Below, in pieces: positions 8,860 to 16,737 of a DNA stretch of 64,000 nt (its first letter is position 1; the number at the start of each line of letters is the position of its first letter). The stretch comes from Acidimicrobiaceae bacterium (GTDB lineage Bacteria > Actinomycetota > Acidimicrobiia > Acidimicrobiales > Bog-793), in NCBI GenBank assembly GCA_003159795.1, contig PLPK01000011.1, positions 34,064 through 98,063 on the forward strand. The letters are read 5' to 3'. The position numbers and the translations under genes are program-made. The notes beneath the pieces are model-generated. The model had not been told where the DNA came from, ran no database searches, and saw only the letters and a list, made by a program, of their open reading frames with translations.

Positions 8860-9606
8860 ATGACCACTAGCGCGCCCCCGTTCGTCGCCGACGGCATCGA
8901 GCCGGGGATCGCCCGCGTGCTCGTCGTCGCCGCGCACCCGGACGATGCCGACTTCGGCTCCGCGGGGTCCGTCGCGCTCTGGACCGACGCCGGCATCGAT
9001 GTTTCGTACTGCATCGTCACCGACGGGGACGCAGGAGGGTCGGACCGTTCGATCCCGCGTTCCGCGCTGGCCGGGATTCGCCGAGACGAGCAGCGTGCCG
9101 CCGCCGCCGTCGTCGGCGTCCACGACGTGCGCTTCCTCGGCTACCCCGACGGCGCCCTCGTCGCATCGGGTGAACTGCGACGCGACATCTGCCGTGCCGT
9201 GCGCTCCCTCCGCCCCGATCGCGTCGTCTGCCAGTCCCCGGAGCGGAACTGGGACGCGATCGGTGCGTCCCACCCGGACCACCTCGCGGCGGGCGAGGCC
9301 ACCGTCTGCGCCTTTTATCCCGACGCACGCAACCCCTTCGCGCATCCCGAGCTCCTCGCCGAGGGGCTCGAACCGCACACCGTCCGGGAGCTCTGGATCT
9401 GCGCCCATCCGGAACCGAACCGCGCCGTGGACGTCACCGGCTCCTTTGACCGCAAGATCGCGGCGTTGCGCAGCCACGTGAGCCAGGTCGGCCAGGGCGA
9501 GTGGCTCGCCGACCGCGTCGGGAGCTGGCTCGACGCGGGGGCCCGCCGCGCCGGGCTCCCACCGGGGCACCTGGCGGAACTCTTCCGGGTCGTCACCGCT
9601 CCCTGA
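8860..9606 (+). CDS. PIG-L (LmbE-like) family deacetylase
   Basis: VLVVAAHPDDADFGSAGSV...IVTDGDAGG is the PIG-L/LmbE metal-binding signature. I cannot tell from sequence alone whether it is MshB/Mca. Confidence 0.8.
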   Translation: MTTSAPPFVADGIEPGIARVLVVAAHPDDADFGSAGSVALWTDAGIDVSYCIVTDGDAGGSDRSIPRSALAGIRRDEQRAAAAVVGVHDVRFLGYPDGALVASGELRRDICRAVRSLRPDRVVCQSPERNWDAIGASHPDHLAAGEATVCAFYPDARNPFAHPELLAEGLEPHTVRELWICAHPEPNRAVDVTGSFDRKIAALRSHVSQVGQGEWLADRVGSWLDAGARRAGLPPGHLAELFRVVTAP

Positions 9607-9736
9607 GCGAGCCGCGACCGGCCACGACGACCCTCCCGGGCGAGTGAGACCGGGGTCGTGCCGCCGTACGCGGTGTCCCGGCCGGCGGGCCCCAGGCGAG
9701 CGATCCGGTCCACGCGACCGGTTCGCCGGCCCCGCG

Positions 9737-10630
9737 CTAGTTGAAGTGGATGAGCATCGCCGAGCCGAAGACCACGCAGTACACGGCGAACGGCGTGAGC
9801 GTCCGGGTCGTGAACCAGCGCGTGAGGAAGCGCACCGAGATCCAGGCGGCGACGCCCGCACAGGCCGCCGCCGCGAGCGTCTGGCCCCGGACCCCGTCGC
9901 CCGTCGCCCCGAGCAGGTCCGGCAGCTTGTATACGCCCGCGGCGAGGATGATCGGCGTGGCGAGCAGGAACGAGAAGCGCGCCGCGTCCTCGTGGTTGAG
10001 ACCGCGCGCGAGTCCGGCCACCATCGTGATCCCGGAGCGGCTGATCCCGGCCACGAGTGCACACACCTGCGCGACTCCGACGACGAAGCCCTCTTTCATG
10101 TTGAGCGTCGCGAGCGCGCGATCGGGCCGACGCGGGCCGGGTTCCGCCCCGGCGGCGACGGCGGGCGCCGACGTCGGCACGGTGCGTCTCCGCCGCAGCA
10201 GCTCGCCCGTCGCGAGGAGGAAGCCGTTCACGACGAGGAATGCCGACGCCGGGATGGGCTTGGAGAACAGCACCCGCAGCGGATGTTCGAGCACGATCCC
10301 GGTGATCCCGGCCGGAATCGTCGCGACCACGAGCAACCAGCCGAGACGCTCCGTCGGCGTCGTGATCGTCCGGCGCCGCGTCGAACCGACGAGCGCGCCG
10401 ACGATCTTCACCCAGTCCCTGCGGAAGTACACGACGAGACCAATCGCCGTGCCGACGTGGAGGCCGACGAGGAAGGCCAGCCAGAACGACTCCGAGGCCG
10501 ACTGGGCCGCGACGACGTTGTGCCAGCCGAACAGCGCCGGGAAGATGACGGTGTGCCCGAGACTCGAGACCGGGAAGAGCTCACTGACGCCCTGCAGGAC
10601 CCCGAGGATTATCGCCTGCCAGTAGTGCAT
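9737..10630 (-). CDS. uppP: undecaprenyl-diphosphate phosphatase
   Basis: It has the BacA/UppP motif GVLQGVSELFPVSSLGH and polytopic membrane character. I preferred the ATG at 10630 (MHYWQAI...). The ORF is open to 10708. Confidence 0.88.
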   Translation of the reverse strand: MHYWQAIILGVLQGVSELFPVSSLGHTVIFPALFGWHNVVAAQSASESFWLAFLVGLHVGTAIGLVVYFRRDWVKIVGALVGSTRRRTITTPTERLGWLLVVATIPAGITGIVLEHPLRVLFSKPIPASAFLVVNGFLLATGELLRRRRTVPTSAPAVAAGAEPGPRRPDRALATLNMKEGFVVGVAQVCALVAGISRSGITMVAGLARGLNHEDAARFSFLLATPIILAAGVYKLPDLLGATGDGVRGQTLAAAACAGVAAWISVRFLTRWFTTRTLTPFAVYCVVFGSAMLIHFN

Positions 10631-10930
10631 CTGCCCGGCGTGCGAATGGGAGACGTGGGCCGCCGTGGACAGCCACGGACTCACGACCGACACCGCCCGG
10701 ACGTTCATCGCGCCGTCCCGCTCACGCTGTCGCGAGGCGCGGTCCCTCGGCCGTGCCCGCCACCTTCACCCGGCCCCACAGCACTCCACCGGGCGCCTGG
10801 TCCCCGCCGGGCTCCTGCGTGACCGATCGCCCGCGCTGGCGATCCTCCCACTTCCCTCTCCTTCGTTCGTCGGCCCGACGGATGCTACGACGTCGCGGCC
10901 CGCCCGCGCCGGGAGCACGGACCGCGCCGG

Positions 10931-10967
10931 AGAAACCAAAGAGCCCGCCGGCTAAGCCGGCGGGCTC
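10931..10967 (-). terminator. intrinsic terminator downstream of cspA
   Basis: A perfect 12-bp stem, GAGCCCGCCGGC-TAA-GCCGGCGGGCTC (10941-10967), is followed on the minus strand by CUUUGGUUUCU. It starts 23 nt after the cspA stop. Confidence 0.6.
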
Positions 10968-10989
10968 CTTAACGCGACTTCTGAAAGGT

Positions 10990-11190
10990 CTAGACCACCC
11001 GTACGTTCTGGGCTTCCTCACCTTTGCGGCCCGGAACGACGTCGAACTCGACGCGCTGGCCCTCCTCGAGGGACTTGTAGCCGGATCCCTGGATGCTTGA
11101 GTAGTGAACGAACACGTCGTCACCCTGCTCACGCGAGATGAAGCCATATCCCTTTTCGGAGTTGAAGAACTTAACGGTTCCAGTTGCCAA
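10990..11190 (-). CDS. cspA: cold-shock protein (CSD family)
   Basis: [32 protein letters not shown] contains the RNP1/RNP2 motifs. It is 66 aa and has an apparent TTG start. Confidence 0.92.
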   Translation of the reverse strand: MATGTVKFFNSEKGYGFISREQGDDVFVHYSSIQGSGYKSLEEGQRVEFDVVPGRKGEEAQNVRVV

Positions 11191-11324
11191 TTCGGATTCT
11201 CTCTCTCAACAGCGCGCGCGGTCCTTCTGACCTCGTGCTGGTACCAGCCTACGGGAGAATCGTCGCCTCCCTGGCAAAGTGACGATGTGCACCTCCACCT
11301 GGGGTAACGCGGCACCGTCCGTCA

Positions 11325-11760
11325 TCACGTGGCGCGCGGCACGATGGGCACGACCCGCGGGGACCAGCGCGCGTTCGTGGCCCATCCGAGCTGTTCGAGC
11401 GCGCGGATGAACCGCGCCGACAAGTCGATCTGTCCCCGGGGAGCGCCGTAGCGCACCCACGCCAGATGCGCGTGACGCGTGTTGTGCCACGAGTCCCCGA
11501 ACGACACCAACGCAAACACGCGCTGGTTGCGGCTCTCGTCTCCCGTGTCGAACGGTCTCCTGCCGAAGGCATGACACAACGAGTTGGCTCTCCAGGTGAC
11601 GTGGTGCAGAGCGCCATGCGGACGAGCCTGCCCCAGACGAGTGCGACGAGGGCGACGGCGATCAGGCGCTCCCCGCTCCAAAACCCGTCGGGTCCGAGCG
11701 GTGCGTCCGACGGCTCGGGAGGGAAGAGAAGGCCCTGCGGGCGGGCAGGTCACCCGGCGA
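11325..11760 (-). pseudogene. truncated, frameshifted acyl-CoA (stearoyl-CoA-type) desaturase remnant
   Basis: LHHVTWRANSLCHAFGRRPFDTGDESRN...FGDSWHNTRHAHLAW...GQIDLSARFIRALEQLGWA parallels the C-terminal ~100 aa of membrane acyl-CoA desaturases. The third His box HNNHH has become HNTRH. The preceding TM segment (FWSGERLIAVALVALVWGRLVR) is in another frame. The N-terminal two thirds are absent. Confidence 0.55.
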
Positions 11761-11861
11761 TGCGACCGGCGGCGCCCGGGAACAGCGGTCGGGTCCAGCG
11801 CGAGGCCCACGCCCGATAGCTACAGTCACGCGGTCCAAGCAGATCATCGAGGGAGAGACCG

Positions 11862-12068
11862 ATGCACGCCGTCGGAATGTTCGCTGCAGTCCTTGCAACG
11901 CTCAGCAAGCACCACCTAGCCGGGATCGTCGGCATCATCATCGGCGCGCTGCTGGTGATCGTCGGCGGCATCCGTGTCGCGATGCGCACCTCGCGCGCGA
12001 TCATCGTGCCCATCGTCGGACTCGTCATTGTCGTCGGCGCGATCCTCGTCTACGCCAAGGTCTACTGA
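11862..12068 (+). CDS. small two-TM membrane protein (hypothetical)
   Basis: 68 aa with two hydrophobic spans (GIVGIIIGALLVIVGGI and IIVPIVGLVIVVGAILVY). The ATG is preceded by GGGAGAG. I recognise no family. Confidence 0.5.
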   Translation: MHAVGMFAAVLATLSKHHLAGIVGIIIGALLVIVGGIRVAMRTSRAIIVPIVGLVIVVGAILVYAKVY

Positions 12069-12195
12069 GCACACCGCCGCCCCGGGATCGAACCCCCGGG
12101 GGCGATCCCGGTTGTCGCGGGTCGCCCCACGGGACGACGGCGCGCCCCGGGTCGCGCTGGTGCCACCGCAGACGGGCTCCCGCCCGGTGTCATGT

Positions 12196-13392
12196 TCAGG
12201 CCCGCGTGCAGAGGCCGACCTTCTTCGCGGCAAGCACGTAACTGACGGCCGCGACGAGCTGCGATTTCGATAGTTCGCCACCGGCGACGGCCTCGACGAT
12301 GCCGTGCACGACCCCATTGGTCGTCGCGTCGATGCTCCCGCCGGACGCCTGGTAGAGAAGCAGGTCGGCCCCGGCACGGAGTGCCGCCACAGCGGCTTGG
12401 GGCAGCGTCAGCCCGGTCGCGGCGATCGCCCCGGCGGTGAGCGAATCGGTGACGATCAGCCCCCTGAAATGGAGGCGTCCCCGCAGCAACGACGTCTCGA
12501 CGACCGACGAAAGGCTCGCCGGCTGCGCCGTGAGACCTGGGATGCTCGCGTTGGCGACCATCACGGCGCCGAACCCCGAGTTGATCGCGTCGACGAACGG
12601 GACGAGCCCGGTCTTCTCGAGGCGGCCCCAGGCGATCGTCGTGGCCGGGCCGACATCGGTGTTCTGGCTCACGCCGCCGAGGCCGGGGAAGTGCTTCACC
12701 ACCGCGATCACCCCGGCGTGCTCTAACCCCGCCGCGAAGGCGAGACCGTCTCTGGCCGCGACGGCGACGTTCGCGCTGAACGACCGGGTCCCGTCGGGGT
12801 CCCGGTCGTTCGGCCCGACTCCCCCATCGACGTCGAGGACGGGTGCGAGGTCCATCGTCACGCCCGCGGCGAGCATGCGCCGGCCGACCTGCGTCGCCAG
12901 CGCCTCGATCTGGGCGGGGGTCATCGTCGCGCCCATCGTGCGCGGTGCGGGGATCCGCCCGACGAGGTTCGCCATCCGCTGCACCAGACCGCCTTCCTCG
13001 TCGGTCATGACGAGCGGCTTCACGCCTCTGGGGGCGCGCAGCTCGAGCGTGGCGAGCTGGCTGCCGAAGTCAAACGGCGCGACGGACCCGAACAGGATGA
13101 CCCCGCCGATGCCGATCGAGACCTCGTGCGTGACCGAAGAGACGTCGTCCTCCTCGGTCGCCACGGCCAGCGTCTGGGCCGCGAGGCGGGAGGTGCTCCA
13201 GGTGGCGAGCTTGTTCGCGTTCGAACACGACCGAGGGAACCGCCTTCCCGACCCGGCCGGGGCGGCACCCTGAGCCGCGGACGGAAACCCGATCGCCACG
13301 AGCCCCGCGGCTGTCGCGACGGCGAGCGCCAGAAGGCCCAGTGATGATCGGCGGTGTGGTGGTGTCTGAACACGGTGATCCTCGCTTGTCAC
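12196..13392 (-). CDS. glycoside hydrolase family 3 (NagZ/LpqI-like beta-N-acetylhexosaminidase), secreted
   Basis: GH3 N-domain motifs are present (VMTDEEGGLVQR, VVKHFPGLGGVSQNTD) together with an N-terminal signal-like hydrophobic segment. Confidence 0.85.
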   Translation of the reverse strand: MTSEDHRVQTPPHRRSSLGLLALAVATAAGLVAIGFPSAAQGAAPAGSGRRFPRSCSNANKLATWSTSRLAAQTLAVATEEDDVSSVTHEVSIGIGGVILFGSVAPFDFGSQLATLELRAPRGVKPLVMTDEEGGLVQRMANLVGRIPAPRTMGATMTPAQIEALATQVGRRMLAAGVTMDLAPVLDVDGGVGPNDRDPDGTRSFSANVAVAARDGLAFAAGLEHAGVIAVVKHFPGLGGVSQNTDVGPATTIAWGRLEKTGLVPFVDAINSGFGAVMVANASIPGLTAQPASLSSVVETSLLRGRLHFRGLIVTDSLTAGAIAATGLTLPQAAVAALRAGADLLLYQASGGSIDATTNGVVHGIVEAVAGGELSKSQLVAAVSYVLAAKKVGLCTRA

Positions 13393-13537
13393 CCACGACG
13401 GGGCAAGTCACGCCGCCCCGAGACAAATTGACGGTTCGGCCCCGCAGGGCCATATCATCGGTTGCGAGCGCGCGATGCGAGATCTGGAGCGGCACGCGAG
13501 AATCGGTATTGACCGGCCGACTTGAAAGGACCCGACC

Positions 13538-13657
13538 ATGGCGGACAAGTCACCGAAGAAGCCGAGCTCGAAAAAACCGGGACGGAGCGTGAAGGAGAAG
13601 CGCGCCGCGAAGAAGTCGAAGGAAGCCTCGAAGTCGGCTGCGGGGCACGTCGGCTGA
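13538..13657 (+). CDS. candidate 39-aa lysine-rich small protein (not in the ORF track)
   Basis: The ATG at 13538 lies 7 nt after GAAAGGA and encodes MADKSPKKPSSKKPGRSVKEKRAAKKSKEASKSAAGHVG, ending at TGA 13655-13657. It sits in an otherwise empty intergenic region. No family assigned. Confidence 0.35.
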   Translation: MADKSPKKPSSKKPGRSVKEKRAAKKSKEASKSAAGHVG

Positions 13658-13886
13658 ACCCTTCCTTGGCAGTCTGCTGAGGAGGCGGTACCCTTCGCCC
13701 ACGGGTCCCGAGGCGGGTGGGGCTGCCGCGTCCTCCACCGAGCGGGCTGGAAGCGACGCCGGTCGTCGCCTCCCTCGCGGTCCGGTCCGGATCGCTCTCG
13801 CCTCTTTGCTGGACGCCGGCGGGTCGCGCCTGGGCGTGGTCCGACGGGTCGGGGACGCGCCGGGATCTCGTTTGGCCCGAATTGAA

Positions 13887-13910
13887 AACGTGTGCGAACA
13901 TTCACACGTT
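13887..13910. promoter_or_regulatory. candidate operator palindrome upstream of the ABC importer
   Basis: AACGTGTG-N8-CACACGTT is a perfect 8-bp inverted repeat in a locally AT-richer stretch, about 95 nt upstream of the SBP start. Confidence 0.35.
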
Positions 13911-14003
13911 GCGTATCTGCAGGTCACACCGTGAGGATCTTCAGCACGCCAACGAGCCTCGATTTCCGTCGGGGTTGGCCATATCTCATATGAAGGGGGA
14001 TTG

Positions 14004-15626
14004 ATGCAACGAGACAGACGACTGACCCGATCCACCCTCGGCCGCTTGGCGGGCGTGGCGATCGGCGTTGCGCTGATCGTTCCGGCCATGGCCTGGGCGA
14101 ACACGAGCGGGGCCACGACACGGGCTGGGCACAAGGCTCCTCCGAACGTGACGGTGACCCTGGGAACGACCGACCGCATCGTGTCCTTGGACCCGGCCGG
14201 CTCCTACGACCTGCCATCGTGGACGGTCATCTACAACGTCTACCAGACGCTCCTCAAGTACATCCCGGGCACGACGACGATCGTCTCTGACGCCGGGAGC
14301 TGCGCCTGGAAGGGAACGGGTGCCACCACCTACGTCTGCACCATGAAACCGGGCCAGTTCTTCTCGAATGGCGACAAGGTGACGGCTGCCGACGTGGCGT
14401 ATTCGTTTGACCGGATCAACAAGATCGCGGCCTCGACCGGTCCCGAGAGCCTCATCGCCCCGATGAAGAGCGTGAGCTACGCGGGCAGCAAGGTCACGTT
14501 CAAGCTCAAGAGCGCCGACGCGACCTGGCCAGACGTGCTCACGACGGGTGCCGGAGCCATCGTCGATAAGAAGGTCTACCCGTTCAAGTCGCTGCAACCT
14601 TCGGCGGCGGGGAACATCATCGGATCCGGCCCGTACTACCTCGCGTCCTACACGCCGAACCAGTACGCCGTGTTCAAGCCGAACTCGCACTACGGCGGGA
14701 ACGACGTCCTGCATAACAGCGAGTTCATCGTCCGCTACGAAGAGACCGGTACGACGCTCGTCTCGGACCTCCAGTCCAAGGCAGTCGACATCGCCTACCG
14801 GGAGCTGAGCCCGACGGAGATCGTCGCCCTCGAGAATTCCAAGAGCATCACGGTCATCCAGGGCAAGGGGATCGAGATCAGGTACATCGTCTTCAACCTG
14901 AAGTCGCAGCCAGGCACGACCGTCAAACAGAAGACGGCCATCCGCCAGGCGGTCTCGTACCTCATCAACCGCGTGGACATCGCGAAGAACATCTACAAGG
15001 GGACGGTCAAGCCGCTGTACTCGATCATCCCTGACGCGCTCCCGGGCCACATCAACTCGTTCAAGAGCGTGTACGGCTCTTCCCCGAACGTCGCGAAGGC
15101 CAAGGCCGTCCTCAAGGCGGCGAGTGTGAAGACCCCGGTGCCGTTCACGCTCTGGTACGACGGCACTGACCACTACGGGGACCAGGACCTCGCGACCGAG
15201 CTCCAGCGCCAGATCGACACCGGCGGCCTGTTCAAGGTGTCGCTGAACACGGCCGCGTGGGCGACGTACGTCGCGGCGGGGACGACCAACCAGTACGGGG
15301 TGTCCTTGTTCGGATGGTTCCCGGACTACCCGGACGCCGACGACTACACGGGCCCGTTCTACCTGTGCGACGCCGAGTGGATGGTCAACCACTACTGCAA
15401 CACGAAGGTCAACACTGACATCAAGCAGGAAGAGGCCTCCACGGTCCAGTCCGTCCGGGACACGGCGTTTGGCAAGCTCCAGACGCTGACGGCCAAGGAC
15501 GCGCCCCTCATCCCGCTCTGGCAGGGCGGCCAGGTCGCCGGGGAGATCAACGGCGTGACCGGCGTCAAGTCGACGCTCGACGCGTCGTACACGTTCCGCT
15601 TCTGGCTGATCGGCATGAAGTCCTAG
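14004..15626 (+). CDS. ABC transporter substrate-binding protein, family 5 (peptide/nickel type)
   Basis: It has a signal peptide (AGVAIGVALIVPAMAWA) and an SBP_bac_5-like body (LDPAGSYD..., YNVYQTLLKY, GSGPYYLASY). GAAGGGGGA precedes the ATG at 14004. A TTG at 14001 is also possible. Confidence 0.9.
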   Translation: MQRDRRLTRSTLGRLAGVAIGVALIVPAMAWANTSGATTRAGHKAPPNVTVTLGTTDRIVSLDPAGSYDLPSWTVIYNVYQTLLKYIPGTTTIVSDAGSCAWKGTGATTYVCTMKPGQFFSNGDKVTAADVAYSFDRINKIAASTGPESLIAPMKSVSYAGSKVTFKLKSADATWPDVLTTGAGAIVDKKVYPFKSLQPSAAGNIIGSGPYYLASYTPNQYAVFKPNSHYGGNDVLHNSEFIVRYEETGTTLVSDLQSKAVDIAYRELSPTEIVALENSKSITVIQGKGIEIRYIVFNLKSQPGTTVKQKTAIRQAVSYLINRVDIAKNIYKGTVKPLYSIIPDALPGHINSFKSVYGSSPNVAKAKAVLKAASVKTPVPFTLWYDGTDHYGDQDLATELQRQIDTGGLFKVSLNTAAWATYVAAGTTNQYGVSLFGWFPDYPDADDYTGPFYLCDAEWMVNHYCNTKVNTDIKQEEASTVQSVRDTAFGKLQTLTAKDAPLIPLWQGGQVAGEINGVTGVKSTLDASYTFRFWLIGMKS

Positions 15627-15643
15627 AAGTAGAAACCGGATAA

Positions 15644-15682
15644 CCCAAAGGAGGCCGGGCGCGACGCCCGGCCTCCTTTGGG
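15644..15682 (+). terminator. strong intercistronic stem-loop between the SBP and permease genes
   Basis: CCCAAAGGAGGCCGGGCG-CGA-CGCCCGGCCTCCTTTGGG forms an 18-bp stem with no U-tract. It may be a partial terminator or an mRNA stabiliser, as is often seen after SBP genes. Confidence 0.4.
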
Positions 15683-15708
15683 ACTCGGATCCGAAAGGAA
15701 CTCCCAGG

Positions 15709-16737
15709 TTGTCATCGTCGACGGGCTCGCTGCGCCGCTACATCCTCACGCGGCTCGTGCTCGTACTACCGATGGTCCTCATCCTGTTGACACTCGTCTT
15801 CATGCTGATGAGAGTCGCTCCGGGGAACCCGATCCTCGCGGCGCTCGGCGGCCACCTCTCCCCGGCCCAGCTCGCCGCGCGGGAACGCGCCGCCGGCTAC
15901 GACAAACCCCTCATCGTCCAGTACTTCGAGTACCTGCGACAGGTGTTCACGGGCAACCTCGGAACGACGATCACCGACCACCGGGCGGTCACGCAGATCA
16001 TCGCCCAGAACGGCGCCGCCACCCTCGAGCTCACCTCGGCGGCGATGGTCGTCGCCATCGTCGTCGGCATCCCCCTCGGCATGCTCGCCGGCCGGATGCG
16101 CGACACCTGGGTCGACGCCTCGGCGAGGATCTTCGGCATCGTGATCTACGCCGCGCCGGTCTTCTTCCTCGGGCTGCTCGCGCAGCTGCTCTTCGGTCAC
16201 ATCCTGAACTGGCTGCCGACCTCGAGCGAGGCGAGCGTCATCGTCCAGGCAACGCTCACGCCGCACACGAACATCCCGATCATCGACGCGATGATCGACG
16301 GGCAGTGGGGGGACCTGCCTGACCTCTTCGCCCACCTCATCCTGCCGGCCTGCACGCTCGGACTCGTGATCTCGGGAGTCGTGCTCCGGCTCGTGCGCGT
16401 CAACGTCATCCAGACGATGAAGGGCGACTACATCGAAGCCGCCCGCGCCCGCGGGCTGAAGGAGCGCTCGGTCGTCGTACGCCACGCCTTCCGCAACGCG
16501 CTCGTGCCCATTATCACGGTGACGGGCCTCCAGGCGGCGCTCCTGCTCTCGGGAGCGGTCCTCACCGAGGAGACTTTCAACTGGCCGGGCATCGGCAGCG
16601 AGCTCATCTACTACCTCGACGCCCGCGACTACATCGCGGTCCAGGGGATCATCACGGTCTTCGCTCTCGCGGTGGTCGCGATCAGCCTGATCATCGACCT
16701 CTTGAACGCGTGGATCGACCCGCGGGTGCGCTACTGA
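15709..16737 (+). CDS. ABC transporter permease (DppB/OppB-like)
   Basis: A polytopic BPD_transp_1-type permease with the typical DppB start (ILTRLVLVLPMVLILLTLVFMLMRVAPGNP) and EAA-loop region (YIEAARARGLKERSVVVRHAFRNAL). Confidence 0.9.
   Translation: MSSSTGSLRRYILTRLVLVLPMVLILLTLVFMLMRVAPGNPILAALGGHLSPAQLAARERAAGYDKPLIVQYFEYLRQVFTGNLGTTITDHRAVTQIIAQNGAATLELTSAAMVVAIVVGIPLGMLAGRMRDTWVDASARIFGIVIYAAPVFFLGLLAQLLFGHILNWLPTSSEASVIVQATLTPHTNIPIIDAMIDGQWGDLPDLFAHLILPACTLGLVISGVVLRLVRVNVIQTMKGDYIEAARARGLKERSVVVRHAFRNALVPIITVTGLQAALLLSGAVLTEETFNWPGIGSELIYYLDARDYIAVQGIITVFALAVVAISLIIDLLNAWIDPRVRY

Noticed and set aside
13986-15392. 468-aa minus-strand ORF antisense to the substrate-binding protein gene
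   Set aside because: The plus-strand product has a signal peptide and SBP family-5 features. The minus-frame product is Arg/Asp/Val low complexity.
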